From Craspedostauros australis (Eukaryota): 32,545 bases of DNA. Below, in pieces: positions 11,398 to 21,288 of this stretch. Below the pieces are notes generated by a model that worked only from the letters and a program-made list of their open reading frames with translations, was not told where the DNA came from and made no database searches. Position 1 is the stretch's first letter, and each line of letters opens with the position of its first letter. The stretch is taken from assembly GCA_030167865.1 (NCBI GenBank), contig JALAGF010002287.1:1-32545 (forward strand), read 5' to 3'. The position numbers were made by a program, and so were the translations under genes.

Positions 11398-12951
11398 ATG
11401 ACACAATCATCCTTCGAACATCGCATCCACGAGTTGGACCTCATCCTCGATGACGTGACGCCAATAGGCTATGAGACGGGAACCGCCATGGTCCCACCGA
11501 CGATGCCTCCCAAGCTTCCGTATTCCATCTCTCACAGTTCCAACATGACGACGATGAAGACGACAACAACTTCAACGCACGACCAGCTGGGGTACACTCT
11601 CGACGATGACTTCGAGCTCGACTTCAACCCACCGCACTTCACGAACACTTTCCCTGAATCGAACTCGATCTCGCCATCGAACTCCATGGCGTCCAACATG
11701 GCATCGCACCAGCAGGATGCAGGCACGCTGATCTCCGATGATTCCATGAATCATTCGGAAAGGCACAACGATAGCTTCGGCTCCGGCTTTCTCAGCGCCC
11801 CCATCGGTGATGACTACACCTCCGACTCGTCGTTCCTCCAGGAAATATTGGAACCAAGACCCATCGAGCCAAGTCGCGTGACAGTCGTTCCGCAGGTGGA
11901 GCTCAAGGAGATCCTTCGAGACAACATGGCATCTCCAAGTTCCACCCCAATCTCCCTGCAGCACCAGCACCATCAAGATCCGTTTGTCGGCTGCGACCAA
12001 AGCTCCACCGCCAAGGAGAACCTTTTGGACATCTTCCGCCCACTCTTCTTCCATGGGTCAAGTAGCTACAACCTCCTCAATGACGATCTGATACATATAA
12101 CTGACAACAACAACGTCAACATGAAGTCAGAAGGCCATCCTTTCTCTAGCGAAACGATGACCGCCCAGAACTGCCCAACCTCGGACTTGGATTGTCCCAA
12201 CCAACCGTCCACATCGACCGAGCCGACATCACCCAGCAGCAACCCCCGCAAGGCAACCGCGGCGCAGCGCTTCGAAACCTCCTTCCAGTGCAAGATGTCA
12301 CAACCGCGCTACAAAAGACGCAAGCTAATCTCCTTCCTGCGACAATCGCTGACACGCCCCCATCAGAACGATGCCAGTGACCAGCAGCAAGAGCAAGCAC
12401 CAGAACAAGAAGCGCAAAAAGACGCAGCTCCAGCATCAACTAACGAAAGCAAGAAAATCCGCCACCATCAAGAGGCGCAGTGGGACACCCGCTACAACGA
12501 GCTGGTGGAGTATCGTGAGCGTTTCGGTCATTGCTCCGTGCCACATACACACACCGAGAATCTGCCACTGGCGCAATGGGTGAAGCGTCAGCGATACCAG
12601 TACAAGCTCCGGTTGGAAGGCAAGCACTGCACGATGACGACGAAGCGCCAGCAGATGCTTCAGGACATTGGGTTTTGCTGGGATTCGCACACGGCCCTGT
12701 GGGAGGAACGCTTCAGCGAGCTCTTGCAGTACAAGAAGGCGAAAGGCCATTGCGTCGTCCCAGCGCGGTACGCAGGCAACCTGCCGCTCGCTGTGTGGGT
12801 CAAATGTCAGCGCCGTCAATATAAGCTCCTGATGGAAGGAAGGCCATCCAACATGAGTGACACCCGCATCCGCCGGCTCAACGGCGTTGGGTTCGTTTGG
12901 AATCCACGGGACAAGCGAGCGAGACAAGCAGCGCAACAAACTAGTGCATAG
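11398..12951 (+). CDS. Helicase-associated (HA) domain protein, two C-terminal HA repeats, putative DNA-binding regulator (about 517 aa)
   Basis: WDTRYNELVEYRERFGHCSVP...LAQWVKRQRYQY...LQDIGFCW and WEERFSELLQYKKAKGHCVVP...LAVWVKCQRRQY...LNGVGFVW; disordered acidic N-terminus. Start at 11398 (atcATG after an A/C-rich leader) is inferred. Confidence 0.9.
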   Translation: MTQSSFEHRIHELDLILDDVTPIGYETGTAMVPPTMPPKLPYSISHSSNMTTMKTTTTSTHDQLGYTLDDDFELDFNPPHFTNTFPESNSISPSNSMASNMASHQQDAGTLISDDSMNHSERHNDSFGSGFLSAPIGDDYTSDSSFLQEILEPRPIEPSRVTVVPQVELKEILRDNMASPSSTPISLQHQHHQDPFVGCDQSSTAKENLLDIFRPLFFHGSSSYNLLNDDLIHITDNNNVNMKSEGHPFSSETMTAQNCPTSDLDCPNQPSTSTEPTSPSSNPRKATAAQRFETSFQCKMSQPRYKRRKLISFLRQSLTRPHQNDASDQQQEQAPEQEAQKDAAPASTNESKKIRHHQEAQWDTRYNELVEYRERFGHCSVPHTHTENLPLAQWVKRQRYQYKLRLEGKHCTMTTKRQQMLQDIGFCWDSHTALWEERFSELLQYKKAKGHCVVPARYAGNLPLAVWVKCQRRQYKLLMEGRPSNMSDTRIRRLNGVGFVWNPRDKRARQAAQQTSA

Positions 12952-13848
12952 AGCAATAGGATGACCCTGTAACAATAATACACACATGTAGACGCAATCC
13001 ATGTCATGTCAATGCATCATGTTATTGCAGAGTAGAGTGCGCCTTGCAACGGTGTGCGGCAATACCGAATACAGAACAGCAGAACCCCGTCGAGCTTTTA
13101 AGTGCGCGAGCCAGAATATCTGGCGCAGTCCCCGATTTGATACGCATTCATCCATGTAATCAGCTCCTATGTTTTCGTCTCGTTCTACCTCCTCGCCTCT
13201 TTGATGTCATTGCAAATGTACGCAGATGTGCACTGAGGAGAGCTTAAATGCTTGCGGAGCTGGTGCAGGGGTATGGGCAGAATGAATCGATAGATTCCGT
13301 TGCTTGCGAAGATTACTGGAGCGTAGAGGATAGGAGACCGCGCCATTGACTTTCGCTGGGCAAGGACTGTGCCCCGTCTTATCCATCTCAATCCCCATCG
13401 CATGATCTAGGAGCTGCCTACTATATTCTGCTAGTAGTCGTACGAGGATGTATGGTTCTGTTGTGGTGTTGTTCCGGTTTGTTCTGATTCGCTGTGAACT
13501 ACGCCTGGAATGATTTGAAATGCGACGGGTATGCATGTGGATACACGGTGCTTCCTCGTACACACAGGAGTACGAGCAGAGTGCGGCTCAACGTGGAGTA
13601 GTAAAAATGAAATGTTTACAATGTAGGTCCAGTTGACAAGCGGGGAATGAAGCGAGAATCAAACACGTCACGCTCGCCAAGGATCGAGTCTGTGGAGGCA
13701 TAGATGCGAATGCCACGTGTGCATGTTTCTTCTCCTGCAACGTCGTTTGCCTCACGTGTAGAGTCCCATCCGCTGCCGCACGGACTTTGCGCGCTTTGTT
13801 GCGTCGTGCGGTGCGGCGGTATATCACACCATAATATACGAGCTACAT

Positions 13849-15012
13849 CTACCAATCGCTGGCCAACCAGAATGGCAAACCCTTCTCTCTTCTTTTGGTT
13901 TCCTCTTGCGTGATGTCGTCTCCACGTTTGACTCTGGTGGTACCGACCTGTGTGTTGTATCTGTTTCTGTTCCTGATACCGCTGTCGTCGCACTTGTCGT
14001 CTTGATTTCTGTTGTTCTTCCTTTCCCGCTTGCTCTTCGAATTTCGATGATGGCAACGCTGATTCGGGATGCGATTTGTTTTGTCAGCTTTGCCTCCGCC
14101 GCCAAACACGAGCAGCAATGCAAGCGTCGTGACGCCGACAACCACCGTTCCGATTTGCAGCCACTCGCCCAACTTTGTCCTCTCCGTTTTGCTTTTGCCT
14201 TCATTTTGTTGCTGCTGCGAGTGCTGCTGGGTCGTGGATGTGGCGATCGGAGTTGCATCCGCCTTCGTGCTAGCGTCGCGAAGGGATGGTTCGACTTCCT
14301 CTGTATCGCTGCCATCTTCATGCTCAGCAGAATCCTGAGCCATGTGGCGTCCGACGGCCTCGAAGGCGGAACGGTCGAACCATTCGCCGTTGTCTGCTTC
14401 GCTCACGTCTGCAATGGATGGCAGAATGGACGATGTGATCATGGATGATCTCACGGAGAGGTACGATAAGGATGCATCATCATCATCGTCGTCGTCATTG
14501 GCCGTGCCGCTCGATCCAAGCAACAACGACGAAGGGACGCCGTTACGATTGGCAGCGGAGTTCACGTCAGCGGCGCTGTCGACGGACATAGCGGAGACGG
14601 ATCTGGATGCCTCCGTCGTGAATGACAGAGCTCCATCCGAAACCAGCATGGGATGCGGGGAGATGGCGTAGTACGAGCTGAAGCATGATGATGATTGCTG
14701 AGACTCCTGTTGTCTTCCTTGGTGCTGTCGTTGCTGCTGCTGTTCCTGCTGCTGTTCCTGCTGTTGCTGCTGCTGGCGATGGTAACGATCAGCGGCAGAT
14801 CCTGTGTTGACCGTCGAGACAATGCTGGCCTCGAGACTGGCGAAGCCACTTTCATCCTGCCGCGAAGGAAAGGATGGAGACGGCGATGCTTCCGACGCAG
14901 AGGAAGAGACGGAGCGAAACGAATGACCAGCTGAGCCGGATGGAGACGGCGGGGGCGATGCCATCGGATCTCCCTCGATGGCATGCTTCAATGTGTCTCT
15001 GTACGTCAGCAT
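13849..15012 (-). CDS. Hypothetical low-complexity protein with one C-proximal transmembrane helix
   Basis: 387-aa ORF with S-rich, poly-Q and poly-D tracts, then WLQIGTVVVGVTTLALLLVFGGG and a basic tail; no recognisable domain; start uncertain. Confidence 0.55.
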   Translation of the reverse strand: MLTYRDTLKHAIEGDPMASPPPSPSGSAGHSFRSVSSSASEASPSPSFPSRQDESGFASLEASIVSTVNTGSAADRYHRQQQQQQEQQQEQQQQRQHQGRQQESQQSSSCFSSYYAISPHPMLVSDGALSFTTEASRSVSAMSVDSAADVNSAANRNGVPSSLLLGSSGTANDDDDDDDASLSYLSVRSSMITSSILPSIADVSEADNGEWFDRSAFEAVGRHMAQDSAEHEDGSDTEEVEPSLRDASTKADATPIATSTTQQHSQQQQNEGKSKTERTKLGEWLQIGTVVVGVTTLALLLVFGGGGKADKTNRIPNQRCHHRNSKSKRERKNNRNQDDKCDDSGIRNRNRYNTQVGTTRVKRGDDITQEETKRREKGLPFWLASDW

Positions 15013-15790
15013 GGCAATGGATCCACTTGTTTCGTCGAATGGAGTTGAACGGAGTTGAATGAAGTCAAATCAACCTGTGAAGACAACCGTTCTTTGTGTT
15101 CTATCGGTGGCTTTTGTTTGTGTGCAGATGGCAAAGCAGAGAGACAATCCATGCGCAACAGTCTTCAGAATCGGAAGAATCCTCCAGCGTATGTCCGAGC
15201 AGCAGCATGGACAGAAGCACAGCGGATGCGAAAGCTTGTTCTCATCCGTTGGAGGCCCTTTGGGCTCGGCAACATCAGCAACCGCTGCCATCAACCAAGT
15301 TGAGACCGCGTGTTTGGATTTCAGCGCGTCGTCATGGTTCCTCTGTTGTTCAGCACGACCCAACCTTCCACGTCCGCAACAACACCCAAACCCCCACAGG
15401 TTCCACCACGACACACGTGCAGACTGCTTCATTGTCAACGAAAGATGTGTTCTGGTTGGGTTCTCATTCTGTCACCAAGTGAACAATACGACCGTACATA
15501 CTTGACGGCCGTCGCATCGAAGGACAGTTGGGAAAACTGACTGTTGGGTGAAGTTACCCGTTTGAGTGATCCAAGTCTGTGTGTTCATGTTCGTCAAAGC
15601 AAGAAGTTCCAGCCAACGGTGGGACAATCAATCGAAGGATACGCACGATGCCACGCACGTGCATGGACTGCTTCATCCATGGATCAGTGAAAACCAAAAA
15701 GGCATTTCGTGATTGTCGCAACATGAACATCACCAAGAATTGATGGTCCAAGTTGGATTTTCATGTACTGTTGTGACACGATCCGGAAGG

Positions 15791-16320
15791 GAAGGCCTGG
15801 CTGACTGATAGAACAGAATACAATACAGGGTACTTTCTTCAAATAGAGACTGATCAGATCCAACAATGAAGTATGTTGATGGTTGGTATTGTGTGTGTGC
15901 GCTCAAGTAGGTGATTAAGTTAATGAAAGCTGGCCCAATTCTGAATCTGATGAAGTCAGAATTGTGAGCATGAAGAGTGCAATGCATGATGATGATGATG
16001 ATGATGATGATGAAATGAGATTGCACAAGTTGCACACAGCAATACTGCTGTAAAATGATGCCTTGCACTGTTGCATTCACATGTGGGAGGAAATGCATGT
16101 TTGCAAGCACAGAGGTGAAGACAAGATCAGATGGCACGTTCAGGTCCACGATGACCAGTACTGCCATAATTCTGAAGCTGTGCGATTGAGGACTTCTTAT
16201 TCAGATATATTGGATGAACCAATATATCTGAATTGCAAGGTGTCAACAAGATGGTGTGGAATTGAGGAATCAATCTATCTGAATTGCAAGTCAGTCTGGG
16301 AGACGAGAAAGTGATCCCAT
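15791..16320. other. CpG-depleted, AT-richer island, probable decayed repeat or transposon relic
   Basis: Only 5 CG dinucleotides counted in 530 nt versus about 10 in the next 120 nt; excess TG/CA; contains (ATG)9 at 15986-16012, a 15-bp-stem hairpin and a 20-bp direct repeat. Confidence 0.45.
16199..16233. repeat. Perfect inverted repeat, 15-bp arms and 5-nt loop
   Basis: ATTCAGATATATTGG-atgaa-CCAATATATCTGAAT. Confidence 0.9.
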
Positions 16321-16943
16321 ATGGGGGTTGCGGCAATTGCGAATATCAAGTCAATACGATTCATCGCACACGACGAGTCTCGTGACTGCATCAGTATTCA
16401 TCCTGTGGTACACGATTACTTTACGACTCATTCGAATGGTAACAAGACGAGTGTAGTTGGAGTGTTCGATGTGTTGCTAGATGACAACGAAACTCTCACA
16501 CCAGGAAGTTCCTAAGAGAAGAAATAGGGATTTGCGTTGCGCGCAACTCAGAGCACACCCAGTAACGATCCTACCATCCTTTGGTCTCAACAAGAGATGC
16601 GATAACCTGCAACGAAGCATTCAGATCATAACAGCCTAAACTCGAACTCTATTCTACAGAAGAGAAGCCGATTCAGTCATATTGGTCGTCTTTCTGAGTA
16701 GGTCACGAACGAGTCACGAGTACCAATGTGAAATCCGAACGTGAGTGCCACATGTGACATGAACACAGGGGTGTGAATGTGAAATGCGATAGGCCTCATG
16801 TTTCCGTCGACTTTGGGCCAACCTCGACAGCGAGAGTGATCCAAGACCCAGTGCCCATGTTGCCAAAGCAAATAGTCCCAGTCGGCAGAGGCACAGCCAT
16901 TCAAACGATACTAGGTATGCACGATGCCAGGCGCGTGCGTGAC

Positions 16944-17191
16944 TCGCTTCCTTCACGAATCAGCCAAATCCAATACTACTCTAGCATAGAGTATGGCTCG
17001 CTTCCTTCACGAATCGGCCAAATCCAATACTGCTCTGGTATAGGGTATGGCTCGCTTCCTTCACGAATCGGCCAAATCCAATACTGCTCTGGTATAGGGT
17101 ATGGCTCGCTTCCTTCACGAATCGGCCAAATCCAATACTGCTCTGGTATAGGGTATGGCTCGCTTCCTTCACGAATCGGCCAAATCCAATA
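16944..17191. repeat. 54-bp tandem repeat, about 4.6 copies
   Basis: Unit TCGCTTCCTTCACGAATCGGCCAAATCCAATACTGCTCTGGTATAGGGTATGGC starting at 16944, 16998, 17052, 17106 and 17160 (partial). Copies 2-4 are identical; copy 1 differs at 5 positions. Confidence 0.97.
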
Positions 17192-17431
17192 GTACTATCG
17201 CACTCACAATTGTCCTGGTATGAATATCACCAACAATTGAACCAAACGGCCAGCAGAGAAGGTCCAGTATTGGAGCATGGTACCCACTGATCGAGCCGCT
17301 CCGCAGTTGGAGCAACAACAAATGATCTGGCCATTGGGTGACGATCGATCCTCGCTCCTTCCTGTCATAAAATCAATCGATCAGTCATCAGTTGAGACAG
17401 CCACAACAACAACAACAACACAATCGTAGCC

Positions 17432-18958
17432 ATGGTTTCCTTCGGAAAAGCAGCTCTCGTGCTGTCCCTGATGGGCACAGTATCTCAGTTCGCTTCGGCT
17501 AGAGGTACGCAGAACACAAACCAAACAGCTCTATGTCCTTCTGCATTGATACCTGCTCTGTTGTTGTTGTGTTGCTCTCGCTCGAGCAAATCAATTCGTC
17601 GATGACCTGATCGGTGCATATTGGTGCCATTCCAACGATCGAGCAGCAACTGCAGTGTCAGCAGAAACACCACCACCACCACCACCACCACCACCACCAA
17701 GCGTTCTTCATGCACAATGTGCTGTCCTGAAAGCCACACATATCCCAACGACACGTGCCCGTTTTTCTTACATTCACCCACACAAACACTCTCGCTCGTT
17801 CGCTCACTCTTGCTACTCTACATCATTTCAGACTCAGAAGCAATGTTGCAAAAGTTGCGTGACCTCAAAGGATCCAACAATAATATTGAAGCCAAAAAAT
17901 CGAAGACGGGGGCCACCCCACCCGATGGTATGGAAACCGACACCGAATCCTGGAGGTTCAGCAGCCAAGCGTGGTACTATGACCAGCTTTCTCAAATCAA
18001 TGGCCAGGTCGCCAGCCAGCTTGCGAGCTTCTCAGTCCTTCCTGTCGGGAATCGCGGCGCGACACCCACAAGGTTGCTCACCGCCATCGGTGGATCGAAT
18101 GCCTGCGTCGAAGGCAATCCGGGAGTGGGACGCAACGGAGAGTATACCCAGTTGACCTGCGACATTCTGGACAAAGTTTTGGCCTTCTGGTCGTTGGATC
18201 CTGCTGCCGACCAGGCCCAGTTGCGCAAACTTGAAATCCGAGCAGTAAAGGGACAAGTTTACCAGAACACTGCGTTGCTCAAGGCCATCCTTGGAGTTTC
18301 ACCGGCCGTCAATGACGAGGCTATCGCGACTGTGCAAGGGGCGATTACGAACTTCCTACCGGGAAACTTCTCCAATCCTCTTCTTTCCTCAATAGAAGGC
18401 TGCTTCGGGCAATTGGCAACTGATGGGACGATTGGAGAAGAGTCTGCGAACTTTGATGGGAGTACTGTATTCCAGCGAGGGCCTGTCCCTTCTATCCTTA
18501 TCGGAGATGGATTGTTCGACTATTTGCAGTACATTGACAGGATCGATAGATTCAATCTCGAGGTGGTGATCGCCAATCGTGCTGGAATCTTTGTGGCCAG
18601 TGTGCTGGATCCAGTTCCAGTTCCAACTTCGGCTGAACTGGCTACACGAACGCCACTGGTCAATCATCTGATCAGCAGCGAGTTGGCCACGATCAGCAAC
18701 TTGTTGGAAGGCTACTTGTTCGCCCACAACAAGGGCACGGTATTCCAGGGCAGCCCCTGCGAATACCTCGAACGCCAACGCACTGTGCCACCCCCAGGCA
18801 AAACCTGCGCCATCATTGCTGGGGCCAACTTGGCTGCATTGGACGGAGACGTCGTCAATGTGACGAGACTCGTCGAATACGCCAAAGCCAACCTGTTCAA
18901 GATCCTTAGCGCCGATGCATCTATCTGCCCAACCCCGCCCGGCTGCTTCGATGGTTGA
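17432..18958 (+). CDS. Secreted neutral-zinc-metallopeptidase-like protein lacking HExxH, 2 exons, about 399 aa
   Basis: Exon 1 17432-17504 (MVSFGKAALVLSLMGTVSQFASAR, signal peptide), intron GTACGC...TTTCAG 17505-17831, exon 2 17832-18958 in frame. Motifs GRNGEYTQ, xFW, NPLLS, ILIGDGL and GYLFAHNKG recall a diatom/bacterial putative neutral zinc metallopeptidase family. Gene model well supported; family call from memory. Confidence 0.75.
17668..17699. repeat. (CAC)n microsatellite in intron
   Basis: About 10 CAC units inside intron 17505-17831. Confidence 0.85.
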
Positions 18959-19307
18959 TCGTACCCATTTGATGCCCACGGTGGCAATTCAGAAAGTAGG
19001 CGCCATTATTCGCGAGATACGGAAGTATAATATGATATTCTAAGATACAATAAATTAATCTCTCCGCTGTCGCACAATACGGACATGTCGCAAAACGAAA
19101 AGGCAGACCAACACCATAATGGTGCTCATGGCGCACTCGAGAGGTCTTTCGCCTGCACCCATGACTTCCTCGTATCTGGTATTTTGGCTGATGGTTGGGA
19201 AGGGAGCAAGAGCAAAGGTTTCGCGTTGTGGATTGCTCCAGTTGTTTGTGTTCCGTGCTCTGCTCCTCCCCAACGATCTCGCATCACAAGCCGCCTATCT
19301 ATGCATT

Positions 19308-20563
19308 CTACTCTTCTATCTCCATCATCTGACGAATCTTGCGCTTCAACGATCCATCCCCAATGCCATCGCATATCGAGAAGTACTTGTTCAAAGACCT
19401 TTGCGCATCGACGAAGATCGGAGCGGTGTTGTACTCGTTGTACAGCGTGTCGTTGGCCTCCATGCGGCGGATCAAATCCAATGCTGCGTCCGGATTTCCG
19501 GGGTCGTAGTAGATGAATGATTTGGGATTGAAGATGTTGTGAATGGTCTTGGATCCGGTATAGATGGGGAGGCAGCCGCTCATGAATCCGTAGAGGAGCT
19601 TTTCCGTGACGTATCCCACATGACCGACGACGTTTTCCATCACCATGCAGTACTTGTACTTGCCCATGTTGCGCGTGTTGTCCGTGAACCTTTGTCTACC
19701 GCCGAGCCACGTGTCGAGGAACAGGCTGTTGTTGCGAAGTGGCGTCTCCGGTCGCAGACTCCGTGGTAGATATCCAGGAACTCGGACAGCCGCCTGGCGG
19801 CCTCGTCGCGGAACTCCACACAGTTGGTGTTTTTGTACAAGACACCGTTGATCTCTCGCGTCGAGGTCCTGCGCGCAGTCGTCTCCGGATGCCGAATGAA
19901 GTCCGTCAATGGATCACTGGAATTGTACAGCAACGTGGCCATCTGAATCACCTGGTAGGAGTTGTCGCGCAAATGATGCGGCACGTAGCCAATCTGGTAC
20001 ATGCGGTTGCCGATCTGCTGCGGCGTGAATTTGTTCCACAGATCGCCGCGTGACTCGCCGTTTTGGAAGAGGATCTTACCGGCGCGCTGGTTCTCGGGCT
20101 GCCGCAGGTTGCCGTCACCCCACAGCATGCTGCCTTTGTGGGGCAGATCGTGATGGAGACTGGCCACCACGATGTCCTGAGGACGCACCTTGGTCCTCTC
20201 ACGCCACTCACCGCCGAACTTGAACTCTGGGAACAGGCACTGCGCGAGGCCGCCGAGGTAGGGTGCGGCAATGAGGACCTTGCCTGGTTTCATCAGCATC
20301 TTGGGACTGTGGCCTGCATCGATGTCATCACCGGTACGCGGTGCATCGAACGTGCGATCCTCTTTCGTAGTCGTGTTCGCCGAGAGCACCATCGCGGTAC
20401 GGATATTGCTCAAGACAAGGCTGGTGGAAGCAAAGGCAAGGAAGAATGCGAGCTTGGGAAAGCTGCATCTCGACGTTCTGACTTTACGCATCAGCGATGT
20501 TGTCGTCGTCGTCGTCGTCGTTTTCGGTCCGACAGACGACGCCGATCGCGCTGTGGCCATCAT
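19308..20563 (-). pseudogene. GT10 (alpha-1,3-fucosyltransferase-like) paralogue with a 1-nt frameshift (pseudogene or assembly error)
   Basis: Type II membrane anchor (KLAFFLAFASTSLVLS). Collinear with the neighbouring copy up to DIYHGVCD; adding one C at 19750-19751 restores PETPLRNNSLFLDTWLGGRQRFTDNTRNMGKYKYCMVMEN...GYVTEKL to the TAG at 19308. Confidence 0.8.
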
Positions 20564-21288
20564 CGCCAAGCTGATTTGCTCTCCTTGCGTTTCGCTGTGT
20601 TTCTACTATGATGATGCGTACTGGTAGGATGAGGAGCCATTCACATGTTGCAGCATGTCCGTGTGAGCCGCATCCGAAGTGAAATCGTAATCTATGTTCG
20701 TACAGTATAGCTCTCTATGGAAGTGGAGAGAGAGCAATGGTGTTTGTCCAGCATATCCGTACGACGACGAGTATGGAAGACTGCTTGTTGTGGGACGTCC
20801 TGGGTCGGAATCTGCCGTTCCATGTCATTGGAGTGGCTCGCCATGAAAAGTTGTTTTGTTTTCCTTGTTTTTGATGTGTTGTCCGTTGGCATCTACGGCA
20901 ATCGGGAGGGACTTCGTCATACCATGATCTAACCAAACACGAGTAGATTGATCATCAGGAGGTGTTTGCAGAAGTCTATATACTAACTCTCTCTCTCGAA
21001 CGAACGAAAGAGAGGGTCCCTGATCAAGTTGCGATACTACGAGCTACTCCAACCATTTAGCTCTGTGCATGGTATGCATCAGGCATGTTGTCTCTCAATT
21101 CGCGATCGCATCGCGGAGCCGACCATTCTTTTCGAATTCCTCTACAGCAGCTTTGAACCAGTTGAGTCCACAACCTCCCTATCCGTACTATGCTCGTGGC
21201 ATCAGAATGACCAAAACATGCGGTCGTTTGTGCGTCAACGGCAACGCCCAGAAGCAAACCAAATGACGCCAGCATGTCTGCGAGATCA

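Noticed and set aside
16536..16547. 12-bp palindrome GTTGCGCGCAAC
   Set aside because: Isolated, with no supporting context or second copy.
16944..17191. CRISPR array
   Set aside because: Units are contiguous and near-identical with no unique spacers; no cas genes; eukaryotic context.
17621..17831. N-terminal 70 aa of ORF 17621..18958 with poly-Thr
   Set aside because: Lies in the intron; the signal-peptide exon at 17432-17504 splices in frame.
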